Source: Candidatus Bathyarchaeia archaeon
Lineage (GTDB): Archaea; Thermoproteota; Bathyarchaeia; 40CM-2-53-6
NCBI GenBank assembly: GCA_050013255.1
Contig: JBEKFP010000001.1
Span: 320,001 to 384,000 of the forward strand
Length of the DNA: 64,000 bases
Direction: 5' to 3'
The notes under the pieces were generated by a model. That model saw nothing but the letters and a program-made list of their open reading frames with translations, ran no database searches and was not told the DNA's origin. The position numbers were made by a program, and so were the translations under genes. Shown here in pieces: positions 1-8,960 of this stretch; positions within the stretch are counted from its first letter, which is position 1; each line of letters begins with the position of its first letter.

Positions 1-527
1 ATGAGGTTGAGGACTTGTGTTGCAATTATGGGCGCCAAATTTGCGGTCGGTTCATCGAACATCATTACGTTTGGTTCCCTTATGAGTGCTAAGGCCATTG
101 CGAGCATCTGCCGCTCTCCGCCACTAAGGCTAAGCGCCTTAGTGTTCGTGTAAGCTGAAAGCTGTGGAAAGAGCTGGAAGATCCTCTTTAGCCTCGTCCG
201 GTAGTCATCTTGGTTAATCGTGTACCCCGCGAGTCTCAGGTTCTCCGTTATGGTAAGGTTCGTGAATACGTTGTCAGTCTGGGGGAGGAAGGCGATACCA
301 CTCCTAGCTATTTTATGGGAGGCCAGGCCTGTGATCTCCTGCCCGTTATGCTTTATCGTTCCCTCATAAACGGTCGTGAGGCCCGTGATCGTTTTCAGGA
401 GTGTGCTCTTTCCTGAGCCGTTCGGGCCGACGATGACTGTGACCTCTCTGGGTTTGGCGGTGAGTGTGACGCCGTTCAGAATTTGCAGTTTCCCGTAGCC
501 AGCGAAGATGTTTTCGACATTTAGCAA
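1..527 (-). CDS. livF: Branched-chain amino acid ABC transporter ATP-binding protein (partial, runs off window start)
   Basis: Manual translation from TTG at 527: MLNVENIFAGYGKLQILNGV...GPNGSGKSTLLK...LSGGERQMLAMA; directly follows livG. Confidence 0.9.
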   Translation of the reverse strand, partial: MLNVENIFAGYGKLQILNGVTLTAKPREVTVIVGPNGSGKSTLLKTITGLTTVYEGTIKHNGQEITGLASHKIARSGIAFLPQTDNVFTNLTITENLRLAGYTINQDDYRTRLKRIFQLFPQLSAYTNTKALSLSGGERQMLAMALALIREPNVMMFDEPTANLAPIIATQVLNL

Positions 528-530
528 TTT

Positions 531-1295
531 TCACGCGCCCAAGTATGCTTCGATTACTTTGGGATCGTTGATGACTTGTTGGGGCGGGCCGGCTGCAAGA
601 AGCTTACCGGAAGCCATCGCGTTCACGTAATCGACGTATTTGAGAGCGATGTCGAGCCTATGCTCGACAATGAAGAATGTTATTCCATATTGTTCCCTCA
701 GCCGAATGATTCTTGCGAATATTTCATGAGCTAAGGTTGGGTTTACTCCTGACACCGGCTCGTCGAGCAGGTACAGGTTGGCGTCACTCATCAGGGCTCT
801 CCCAATTTCCACTAGCTTCATTTGTCCACCGCTCAGGAGCGAAGCCGGCGTGTTCAATTGCTCGGACATCCCAAGCAATTCCAGTATTTTCGTCGCCTTC
901 TCAATAGCGTCTGTCTCGTGTTTTGCCCAAAGCCGTTTGACCATTGACTTCGCGAATGATTCTCCGGGGTGATTCTTCTCAGCGACAAGTAAGTTCTCAA
1001 GCACAGTTAGCTTGCCGAACATCGAGGGTATCTGAAAGGTCCTTGCGATGCCCGTTCCGTAAACCTGCTGAGGCGACCAACCCGTTATCTCGGTTGAGCC
1101 ATAGTAAATCTGCCCTTCGTCTGGTTTCTGGAAGCCCGTGATAACATTGATCAACGTAGTTTTTCCCGAACCGTTTGGCCCAATGAGGATGGTCACTGTC
1201 TTCTCGTCTACGTTGAGTGTCACTCCGTCTAAGGCGTGAAGATTACCGAATGATCTCTTTACATCCTTGACTTGCAGCAGGCTGCCCATTCTCAA
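531..1295 (-). CDS. livG: Branched-chain amino acid ABC transporter ATP-binding protein
   Basis: GPNGSGKT Walker A, LSGGQ signature, LLDEP, VEH, C-terminal VIEAYLG. Confidence 0.92.
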   Translation of the reverse strand: MRMGSLLQVKDVKRSFGNLHALDGVTLNVDEKTVTILIGPNGSGKTTLINVITGFQKPDEGQIYYGSTEITGWSPQQVYGTGIARTFQIPSMFGKLTVLENLLVAEKNHPGESFAKSMVKRLWAKHETDAIEKATKILELLGMSEQLNTPASLLSGGQMKLVEIGRALMSDANLYLLDEPVSGVNPTLAHEIFARIIRLREQYGITFFIVEHRLDIALKYVDYVNAMASGKLLAAGPPQQVINDPKVIEAYLGA

Positions 1296-1296
1296 C

Positions 1297-2325
1297 TCAC
1301 CTTTTTGCCTGGACGACTGAAGGTTCCCTCTGCCATGTTCTGACGATGCCTTCTGGCCTATAGATGAGAATGAGGATCGTTATGAGGCCAAGTAGGAGAT
1401 AATTCAGCCAGATTATGTTGAACGGCAGAATTCCAGCAAAGGCATACTTGTAGTAGAGGATTAGCTTGTCCAGAGCGACAAATATGAAGGTCCCCACCAG
1501 GGCCCCTCTGTTGCTTCCGATTCCACCGAGCAAGATCATAAGCCAAGGCAGAAACGTCCAGTCAAATCTCGCATAAGTGGGCGTTACGGCGCCGCTGTAC
1601 ATAACCCACAGGCTTCCAGCAATGCCGCACAACGTCGAGCCAATCAATATCGCGACTGTTCTGTATCGAGTGATGTCTTTACCCAGCGACCTCGCCACGA
1701 CCTCATTGTCCCGAATGGCTCTCAGAGTCCGTCCAAGAGGCGTTCTGATGAGATAACCGGCGTAGGCAAAGATTGCAATTGCAACCAGAAGGAGCACGAA
1801 GGTTCCCGCGTAGAACCTGTACTGCCCTGCCCACCCTAGGACGTCTGGTACGCTAACTCCAGGCGGCCCACCTATGAGAGGCTTGTACCCTATTCCTATG
1901 ACGTTGAGTATCTCTCCGAAAGCCAGAAGCGTGATTGCCAAGTAATCCTCCCTGAGTCTAACGGCAGGCGCTGAGGAAATCAGACCCATTGCCGCGCCCG
2001 CTACGCCTCCGACTATAAGGAACAAAACCAGAAATGCGATGGCTAAGAGAGGCTGCGATATCAGAATAGGATTGATAAGCGCTAACACTGAAACATTGTT
2101 GAAAATGGGACTCAAGTCCGTTCGTATACCGAGCAGACTCAAAGCGAGTCTTGTTGAGAGGCCACCTGTGAAGTAAGCCCCACCTGCGACTGCGAAGAGA
2201 ATGCCGAAATTAGGTATCCCGGTTATGCCCTCTTGCAAGTTCAGGCCTATGTTAATGATTAGATAGACCGCCAGCAATGCCAAAAGGTCTGCTGTGAATA
2301 GGATTAGTTGGTCCAGCGCTGACAC
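1297..2325 (-). CDS. livM: Branched-chain amino acid ABC transporter permease
   Basis: Multi-TM; RLREDYLAITLLAFGEI and GRTLRAIRDNE motifs. Confidence 0.9.
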   Translation of the reverse strand: MSALDQLILFTADLLALLAVYLIINIGLNLQEGITGIPNFGILFAVAGGAYFTGGLSTRLALSLLGIRTDLSPIFNNVSVLALINPILISQPLLAIAFLVLFLIVGGVAGAAMGLISSAPAVRLREDYLAITLLAFGEILNVIGIGYKPLIGGPPGVSVPDVLGWAGQYRFYAGTFVLLLVAIAIFAYAGYLIRTPLGRTLRAIRDNEVVARSLGKDITRYRTVAILIGSTLCGIAGSLWVMYSGAVTPTYARFDWTFLPWLMILLGGIGSNRGALVGTFIFVALDKLILYYKYAFAGILPFNIIWLNYLLLGLITILILIYRPEGIVRTWQREPSVVQAKR

Positions 2326-3245
2326 TAGTTACCCCTCCGAACGAGCAGGCCTGCGAGCCCTCGAGGCGCAACTATCAAGGTGGCTGAGAGCACTATGAGT
2401 GGGATAATGGGTTCGTAGAATGAAACCCAAGGGCCAACAATTGAGGCTAGCACCGAGGTGCCGACCACGTCGACCAAACCCAGCAGGAAGCCTCCCAATA
2501 CGGCGCCGTATATCTGCTCGAGGCCTCCAACTATGCTGGCGCAGAAAATGCTGGCCAGTAGGATTGTTCCGATGCCTGGGTTGATCTCAGTCCATAGCGG
2601 GATTAGGGATCCCGCAATTCCTGCGAGTCCTCCAGCGATGAACCAGGACACGGCTAACATCATGCTAACGTTGATTCCAATTGCTTCTGATAGAGAGGGG
2701 TTCTCCATCGACGCCCTCAACGCTATGCCCAACGTAGTAAAGTTCAGAAGTAGGTACATGGCTGCCGAGCAGAGGGCTAGCGTTCCAAGCGCTACAAAGA
2801 GTATCCCCGGTTCGCCCAAGAACTTGAAGTCTAATCCGCTTAACAGAACATTGCGGGAAGGAACCTTGTAAGCGGTGTTCAGGTAGTCAGCGTGTATGTT
2901 CGTGACACCTAGCATTATGATATCAAATGCTAGCGTTGCAATCATCAACATGACGGCCGATGAGTTCCTCCTCCTCATCGGTTCCAGAACCGCATAGAAC
3001 AGTAACAAACCCACAAGGCCTACCACAACGAAAGCAACTGGAACGCCAACATACGGGTTCGGACTTAGTATGATAGTTAGCGTGTATGTGACGTAGGCAC
3101 CGACCGTCACGAAGGATGCGTGTGCGAAGTTTGCAACCTTCGTCGTCCTGTATAGCAGAGTAACTCCCAGTGCCATAAGCGACAGAAGCGCTGAGTACGT
3201 GAGCCAGCTCACAATAGTCGGAAACAGGTCCATTTGCTCAGTCAC
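2325..3245 (-). CDS. livH: Branched-chain amino acid ABC transporter permease
   Basis: ALGVTLLYRTTKVANFAH and GIALRASMEN motifs; operon position. Confidence 0.9.
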   Translation of the reverse strand: MTEQMDLFPTIVSWLTYSALLSLMALGVTLLYRTTKVANFAHASFVTVGAYVTYTLTIILSPNPYVGVPVAFVVVGLVGLLLFYAVLEPMRRRNSSAVMLMIATLAFDIIMLGVTNIHADYLNTAYKVPSRNVLLSGLDFKFLGEPGILFVALGTLALCSAAMYLLLNFTTLGIALRASMENPSLSEAIGINVSMMLAVSWFIAGGLAGIAGSLIPLWTEINPGIGTILLASIFCASIVGGLEQIYGAVLGGFLLGLVDVVGTSVLASIVGPWVSFYEPIIPLIVLSATLIVAPRGLAGLLVRRGN

Positions 3246-3417
3246 CCCATGCCTAACCCGAGCTTCATGCCTTTTCCTAAGGCCACCTCTTAGGGGTCAC
3301 GCATTAACACCTTTCCTGCAATTAAGATGACTCAGGGTACACGTGTAATTTGCAGTGCCCCTCGGGAGTTCGTGCCGACATAACGCATGATTATCCCGAT
3401 CAGAGGCACATCCGTAA

Positions 3418-3445
3418 GAAAAAGATTAGAAAAAAAGTGGGGAGT
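3418..3445 (-). terminator. Oligo-T archaeal terminator after the binding-protein gene
   Basis: Minus-strand T-runs just downstream of the stop at 3453. Confidence 0.5.
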
Positions 3446-3452
3446 TGTGAGG

Positions 3453-4670
3453 TTAAAGTTGCATCAGCCATGTAACCTGTTGGTTTACTGATGAATAGGT
3501 GGCAACCCTTTGCCAATTGCTTTGAACCACGGCCCAGAACTCCATGTCCATGGTCACTCTGTCTCCAGCCGCGTTGAGTTCAGAGTTGCCTGTGGCACCC
3601 CAGTATGCTGCTGCTACCGTCGGAACTGCCGCTTTGATTGCGTCACTGTCGTATTTGCCAGCGTTGAGAATTGAGAGGGCCGCTATCCAAGCTGCGTCGT
3701 AGGTGGCCAGCGCGTATATGTCCGGTTCCTGCCCGATCGCAGATTGAACTTCTTTGTTCAGGGCCAGATGCTTAGAAGTCAGTGGCGCCATGAGCTGTAC
3801 GGATATTAGGTTCACCTTTGTCGCTATAGCGCCAGCGTTTTGGATGATGACCGTGTCCTGCGACAAAGTATCAGGGCCAAACCATGTTAGTGTGAGCAGC
3901 GGACTATTCCTGGTGTTGGCTTGGCTCAGCATGGTAGCAACGTCTTCCCACATGTTGGCGAAGATTGCAACAGGCTTCTTGGCGCTCAGGAGAGGGGCCA
4001 CTTGCTGTTCAAGTGCGTTGATTGTGACGGTGAAATCTGTCGTAGTTGGATAGGCGTAGGTTACGTCCGCGACTAAGTTTCCTCCGGCTGCTGTCCATGC
4101 GGCCTTGAACGCGTCATGAATAGAGAGGCTGTAAGTGTCCTCGGCCGAAACCATGGCAACGTTCATGAATCCTTTACTTTGAAGGGCAGCCGCGAGCGCG
4201 GCGCCTTCAGCTTCAGCCGCGGGTACGACCCGAATCTCGTAATCTCCAGGTGGAGCTACGGACTCTCTGGCAGCAGTTGAAGTACCATCGATCACGATTA
4301 TCTTATTGGTGTCGGCGAATGAGTCGATCGATTTCATAGCCCCGCTGGTCATTCCTCCTATGACAACTTTGCAACCTTGGGCATACAGGTCCTGTATTCG
4401 CTGTAGAGCTACGTCGGGCTTGGTCTCGAAGTCTTCATAGAAGAACTTGAAAGTTGTCGGAATACCCAAAGAAGTCACATAGGTGTTGATCTCACTTTCG
4501 GCAATTTTGACGGTCGCTTGAGCTCTCACGCCGTAACTCGAAAAGTCTCCAGTTAGACTTAGCAGAACGCCGATTGGAATCACCGATGGCAACGTGGACG
4601 TCAGCGGCGGTGGGGTTGGATGTAACGCGTAGCCAAGTCCGCCGCCAATCACAAGCATTACTAGCATCAA
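3453..4670 (-). CDS. ABC transporter substrate-binding protein, LivK/Peripla_BP_6 family (N-terminus uncertain)
   Basis: IPIGVLLSLTGD, YALATYDAAWI, GATG...GDR motifs; N-terminal hydrophobic anchor; the RBS-preceded ATG at 4713 is out of frame. Confidence 0.88.
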   Translation of the reverse strand: MMLVMLVIGGGLGYALHPTPPPLTSTLPSVIPIGVLLSLTGDFSSYGVRAQATVKIAESEINTYVTSLGIPTTFKFFYEDFETKPDVALQRIQDLYAQGCKVVIGGMTSGAMKSIDSFADTNKIIVIDGTSTAARESVAPPGDYEIRVVPAAEAEGAALAAALQSKGFMNVAMVSAEDTYSLSIHDAFKAAWTAAGGNLVADVTYAYPTTTDFTVTINALEQQVAPLLSAKKPVAIFANMWEDVATMLSQANTRNSPLLTLTWFGPDTLSQDTVIIQNAGAIATKVNLISVQLMAPLTSKHLALNKEVQSAIGQEPDIYALATYDAAWIAALSILNAGKYDSDAIKAAVPTVAAAYWGATGNSELNAAGDRVTMDMEFWAVVQSNWQRVATYSSVNQQVTWLMQL

Positions 4671-4896
4671 AGCAATGATGGGTGGCTTTAGAAATGCACT
4701 AGCCGTTTTTCATATCCTCCTCAAAAGGAAAATCGGAGGCGATTCAGCGTTTAAGATATGTGTACGTAGTATTTGTGAAGTATATGTTCTGGATTTTGAT
4801 GGCTAGTAAATTTCAGAAGGATTTTCTTGCCGAATAGCGGGCTGGAGCTGTTCCCCTTTTTCCGAAGGGTACAGCCTCGTCTCGATTCCGGCACAA

Positions 4897-6000
4897 TCAT
4901 TGGATTATGAGCAACGGCTTGCCTAACACGTCCGTCTTCGGCTTGATTCCGAGCCCCGGTTGGTTGCTCGCGGCCATGCGGCCGTTCACGCGTTGGGGTG
5001 CGCCGTCAGCGGTCCCCACGGTGACGTAGCTGTTAAAGTCGGTTGTACTGAAGAAAAACTCCGGGGGCGTACTGTGAGCTAGGTGCGCGATTGCCGCGGT
5101 CGTAATGTCTCCTCCCCAACTATCTTCAATAGTCATAGCTATGCCCAGCGAGACGCAGAGATCACGCGCTTGACGCGTTTTCGTAAGGCCGCCGAATTTG
5201 CTGATTTTGATATTCACCACGTCCATCGCCAAGTCAGCCTTGCCGCGCAATAACATGTCGACGCCATCAATCACCTCATCCAGTACAAACGGATGGTTCG
5301 TGTGGCGGCGAATGGAAAGACATTCTTCATAGGTCAAGCATGGTTGCTCGATGTAGACATCCGCATCTTGAATTGCGCGAATAACTCGCATGGCGTCGTG
5401 CATCAACCATCCCGTGTTCGCGTCCGCCACAAGACGGTCGCCCGGCTGAAGTTGCGCGGATACGGCTTGGATACGCTTGATGTCTACGTCTGGGTCGCCA
5501 CCGACCTTGAGTTGGAAGCGGCGATAACCTTCCTTGCGATATTGTGCCACCCGACTAGCCATCGTTTCAGGTGACTCTTGGGAGATGGCTCGGTAGAGCC
5601 CAAAATCTTCGCCGTAGCGCCCGCCCAGTAAGGTGCACACTGGTTGACCGGTGACTTGGCCGAGGATATCCCAGCAGGCGATGTCGATGGCAGACTTCAC
5701 GTAGGGATGCCCTTTGAGTGCAGCGTCCATTCGACGATTTAGGCGGGCGAGTTCGAGTGGGTTTTCGCCCAGTAGGTGCGGCCCCAATTCGGCGACGCCG
5801 GCGCGTACGCCGCTCGCGTACGCAGGCAGGTAGTACGGCCCAAGCGGGCACATCTCACCGTACCCTACGACACCGGTATCCGTCTCAACCCCGACAATCG
5901 TACTATCGAACACCGAAACGGATTTGCCGCCAGACCACTTGTAGCTGCCCTCCTTCAAGGGAAGGTCCACTTTCCAAGCTGATATTTTCTTAATCTTCAT
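4897..6000 (-). CDS. Enolase-superfamily enzyme, cis-3-hydroxy-L-proline dehydratase-like
   Basis: [35 protein letters not shown]; N-terminus [15 protein letters not shown] and LYRAISQ resemble, from memory, the characterised bacterial c3LHyp dehydratase subgroup. Confidence 0.75.
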   Translation of the reverse strand: MKIKKISAWKVDLPLKEGSYKWSGGKSVSVFDSTIVGVETDTGVVGYGEMCPLGPYYLPAYASGVRAGVAELGPHLLGENPLELARLNRRMDAALKGHPYVKSAIDIACWDILGQVTGQPVCTLLGGRYGEDFGLYRAISQESPETMASRVAQYRKEGYRRFQLKVGGDPDVDIKRIQAVSAQLQPGDRLVADANTGWLMHDAMRVIRAIQDADVYIEQPCLTYEECLSIRRHTNHPFVLDEVIDGVDMLLRGKADLAMDVVNIKISKFGGLTKTRQARDLCVSLGIAMTIEDSWGGDITTAAIAHLAHSTPPEFFFSTTDFNSYVTVGTADGAPQRVNGRMAASNQPGLGIKPKTDVLGKPLLIIQ

Positions 6001-6165
6001 GCCGCGACCTCATGAGCTAGCATGTTCAACCTCAGTTCTTTTCGTAAGCATGATAACACCATTGCATTCTGGCAGAGGCAATCAGGTCAACATCCTAAGG
6101 GCGATTTGGTGGCTGAGAGAAAACGGAAGGCCATTGATAGAGATTGGTGTGCAGCGAGCATCAAG

Positions 6166-6609
6166 TCACCATTTCTTGGTTTCTTCAGGTTCGAGTAGAA
6201 CGTTCTTCTGAGACTCAATTTTCTTCAACTGGTCATATGCTCTCTCAAACAATTCCTCATTCAGATTCCCCACAGTAAACCTCATAGTGTTTTCCAGGAA
6301 TTTCTGGATTTCAAATGGGCTCTTCAATTCATGTGTCATCCCCACCTCTATGTCCCCTGCCTTCACAACTCCAACGGTAACATTCCTTCCTTGAAATTTC
6401 ACTCCTAGCCTTTTCCTTCTTCCCCAAATCGCCCATGCCACAACCGAATCATCATGCGTTCTCGCGTAGGCAGCTAGAAGCCTCAAACAACTCAAATAAT
6501 CTTCTTGGACCGACACTCTCTGAGAATCAACGTTGAATTGGGTATTGTTGTCAGCGGTGTTCTTAGCCATCCAGTATAGTTCTACAGTTCGCTTGTACGC
6601 TTCCGACAT
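6166..6609 (-). CDS. Hypothetical protein
   Basis: 147-aa ORF with no competing long ORF; no recognised motif. Confidence 0.55.
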   Translation of the reverse strand: MSEAYKRTVELYWMAKNTADNNTQFNVDSQRVSVQEDYLSCLRLLAAYARTHDDSVVAWAIWGRRKRLGVKFQGRNVTVGVVKAGDIEVGMTHELKSPFEIQKFLENTMRFTVGNLNEELFERAYDQLKKIESQKNVLLEPEETKKW

Positions 6610-6745
6610 TGACTAGGAATTCTCCCTAAGCCTAGGTTAGGCAAGCCACACGCACTCGGCGGCAAGTCACAAAAATAAACAATTCTAAGGCTGAGTGCAG
6701 AGCTTTGGTTCAGAAGCTGTCTGCGAGGCTTCCACGCGACCTTTA

Positions 6746-7108
6746 CTAAAGGTATTTTCTGATTTCGGCTTCGACTTCCTCTGGTGCCACGACGTGTATT
6801 TTCGGCCCAGCTTCAGCTAGGAGTTTCTTGGCTTTATCGCGAGCTGGCGCTGGGACGATGAGTACGACTGGTATGTCCATAGTCTTGCATGCGAAAAGCA
6901 AGTCTGCCGGCCCCATGCGTTCCTGTTCAGCAGGCACGACCTTGTGCAAGTAGCCGACCACCACGTTAACCTCGCCCTTGCTAAGGTGGTTGACGTATTT
7001 GCCGTGCCCGTCCCATGTGTTGGCCACTGGTAATGTCTCAACGCCTTCAGCCGCAAGTTTCGATAAGAGGAGTGGATCAGTTCCTTCAAAATAACCGACT
7101 CTCGGCAA
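6746..7108 (-). CDS. Hypothetical protein (small alpha/beta fold)
   Basis: 120 aa; GGTGA RBS upstream; protein-like composition. Confidence 0.7.
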   Translation of the reverse strand: MPRVGYFEGTDPLLLSKLAAEGVETLPVANTWDGHGKYVNHLSKGEVNVVVGYLHKVVPAEQERMGPADLLFACKTMDIPVVLIVPAPARDKAKKLLAEAGPKIHVVAPEEVEAEIRKYL

Positions 7109-7185
7109 TTGTCTTCACCTTGACCAGTATTTTGTCCTAGCCAACGATAAAAGGTTACGAATGCTACGAATAGCGTGACCGCCCA

Positions 7186-7857
7186 ATGCACCAACCTAAG
7201 GCAATACTCTCTTGGTCTTCCGGCAAGGACAGCGCAATGGCGTTATACCGAACACTCGCCTCGAAACAATTCGAAGTGGTCTGCCTCCTAACCACGCTCA
7301 GCCAACCATTTCGCCGGGTTTCCATGCATGGCGTCAGGGAGGAACTTCTCGATAGGCAGGCAGGGTCCCTAGGGATACACCTGGAGAAGGTGCTGATCCC
7401 CTACCCCTGCCCGAACGCAGTCTACGAAGAAAAAATGCGGAACACCCTATCTCTGTGGAAGGAGAGAGGAGTTACACATGTCATATTCGGCGACTTGTTC
7501 CTTGAAGACATTCGCAGGTACCGGGAGGCGAACCTGTCGCAGCTCGACCTGACACCAGTCTTTCCAATCTGGGGAACGGACACAACAAGTCTTGCGCGTG
7601 AAATGTTGGAAGTTGGTTTCCGAGCGGTCCTAACTTGCGTTGACCCTAAGAAGCTCGATGGCAAATTTGCCGGCCGCCAATTCGACAGTTCCCTACTGGA
7701 AGACCTGCCACCGATGGTCGACCCTTGTGGCGAGAACGGTGAATTCCACACATTTGTTTATGATGGACCAATCTTCCGGGAATCGATCCCCGTAGAAATC
7801 GGTCAATCGGTTTTGCGAGATGGGTTCCAGTTTGCGGATGTATTGTTGAAGCGCTAA
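7186..7857 (+). CDS. Diphthamide synthase/MJ0570-related ATP pyrophosphatase family protein
   Basis: SWSSGKDS PP-loop, FGDLFL, DPCGENGEFHT. Confidence 0.88.
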   Translation: MHQPKAILSWSSGKDSAMALYRTLASKQFEVVCLLTTLSQPFRRVSMHGVREELLDRQAGSLGIHLEKVLIPYPCPNAVYEEKMRNTLSLWKERGVTHVIFGDLFLEDIRRYREANLSQLDLTPVFPIWGTDTTSLAREMLEVGFRAVLTCVDPKKLDGKFAGRQFDSSLLEDLPPMVDPCGENGEFHTFVYDGPIFRESIPVEIGQSVLRDGFQFADVLLKR

Positions 7858-8225
7858 CTTGGTTTGCCACCTGACCGTTTGCGCAAGTAGTAGACAGGAA
7901 TGAGAATTACGAGGGCCAATTGGAGGGCCGAACCAGCTAGAAATGTCAAGGATGCAAGTGAGAAACCCGCCATCACGAATGATTGGTGCTCTGGCTGAGG
8001 AACCGAGACCGCAAGCGTGAGAATCGAGAGAACGAAAGCGAGTGGGTACGCTATCCTATGCCCAGTCGCGGCAAGGGCGGCCACAAGGACGTAGGCTAAC
8101 CATCCGCCCAATACCGAGTAGAAAAGCCAAGCCGGTACGAGGCCGTATAGTTGGGGAAGTAGAAGAACGCCTAGGGCGACTGAGAGGAAAATGAGGAGGT
8201 TGATCGAACGCGTAATGGAGGGCAT
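7854..8225 (-). CDS. Hypothetical 4-TM membrane protein
   Basis: Four hydrophobic segments and a basic C-terminus. Confidence 0.7.
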   Translation of the reverse strand: MPSITRSINLLIFLSVALGVLLLPQLYGLVPAWLFYSVLGGWLAYVLVAALAATGHRIAYPLAFVLSILTLAVSVPQPEHQSFVMAGFSLASLTFLAGSALQLALVILIPVYYLRKRSGGKPS

Positions 8226-8318
8226 GGGGGCACCGTCGTTTCTGCGATGAACTTGGACAGATGATCGCCCCCATATGAAGTTGAAGAAAAATAGAGAGGA
8301 AGGAGGGCGAGAATGCTT

Positions 8319-8441
8319 CTAATGCTTCAGTTCATCGATTCTCTCAGTTACGCCTTTCAACTCACTCTCTAGGTTGCTCTTGTATTCTTCAAGCCATTCT
8401 AGCTTCTCTTCCTTCGTAAAGAACCTGCGTCCACCACACAT
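8319..8441 (-). CDS. Small coiled-coil protein, DUF5320-like (not in ORF track)
   Basis: MCGGRRFFTKEEKLEWLEEYKSNLESELKGVTERIDELKH (40 aa); AGGAGGTG RBS upstream, pyrimidine-rich tract downstream. Confidence 0.8.
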   Translation of the reverse strand: MCGGRRFFTKEEKLEWLEEYKSNLESELKGVTERIDELKH

Positions 8442-8558
8442 TACTTCAACACCTCCTTGATACGTCAACTCTCATGACTAGTGCGGGGCAGATTTAGCGA
8501 CTAAGCTCAGCCGTTTTCGGTCATACAGGGTCGACCGCTCGGAACACATTTCAGTGGT

Positions 8559-8864
8559 CTATTTCGAGGTTTGAATGGGCTTCCCACATTCTCGACAAAA
8601 ACTAGCAATGCTTGGGACGGACGCTCGACACGACGGGCATCGTTTTGTGCGTCCCCCGGATTGGGCCCCGGGGAGAAAATGTTTCCCTAGCTCAATGACG
8701 CTTCCAGCAATCATTGCGGAGCCGAAAGCTAGGCTGACCAGGTTCTCGACCACCCACCCACCACTTGGAACCCATGAAGTGAGTAGCTGGTAGAGGGTGA
8801 CCAGGCCTAGGATGAGGACTGCGAGCGACAAACCTATGGAGAGAAACAACTTCAAGGATGTCAT
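8559..8864 (-). CDS. Two-TM protein with C-terminal zinc ribbon
   Basis: Two hydrophobic helices, then CPSC...FCRECG. Confidence 0.8.
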   Translation of the reverse strand: MTSLKLFLSIGLSLAVLILGLVTLYQLLTSWVPSGGWVVENLVSLAFGSAMIAGSVIELGKHFLPGAQSGGRTKRCPSCRASVPSIASFCRECGKPIQTSK

Positions 8865-8960
8865 AATCCACTTTCCCCACGTTGAATTATTGCTTTTGCA
8901 TTCGACGTGGGGGAACGCAAAGCAGATAGCAGTCTACGTGCGCGTATTACCGAACGACCG

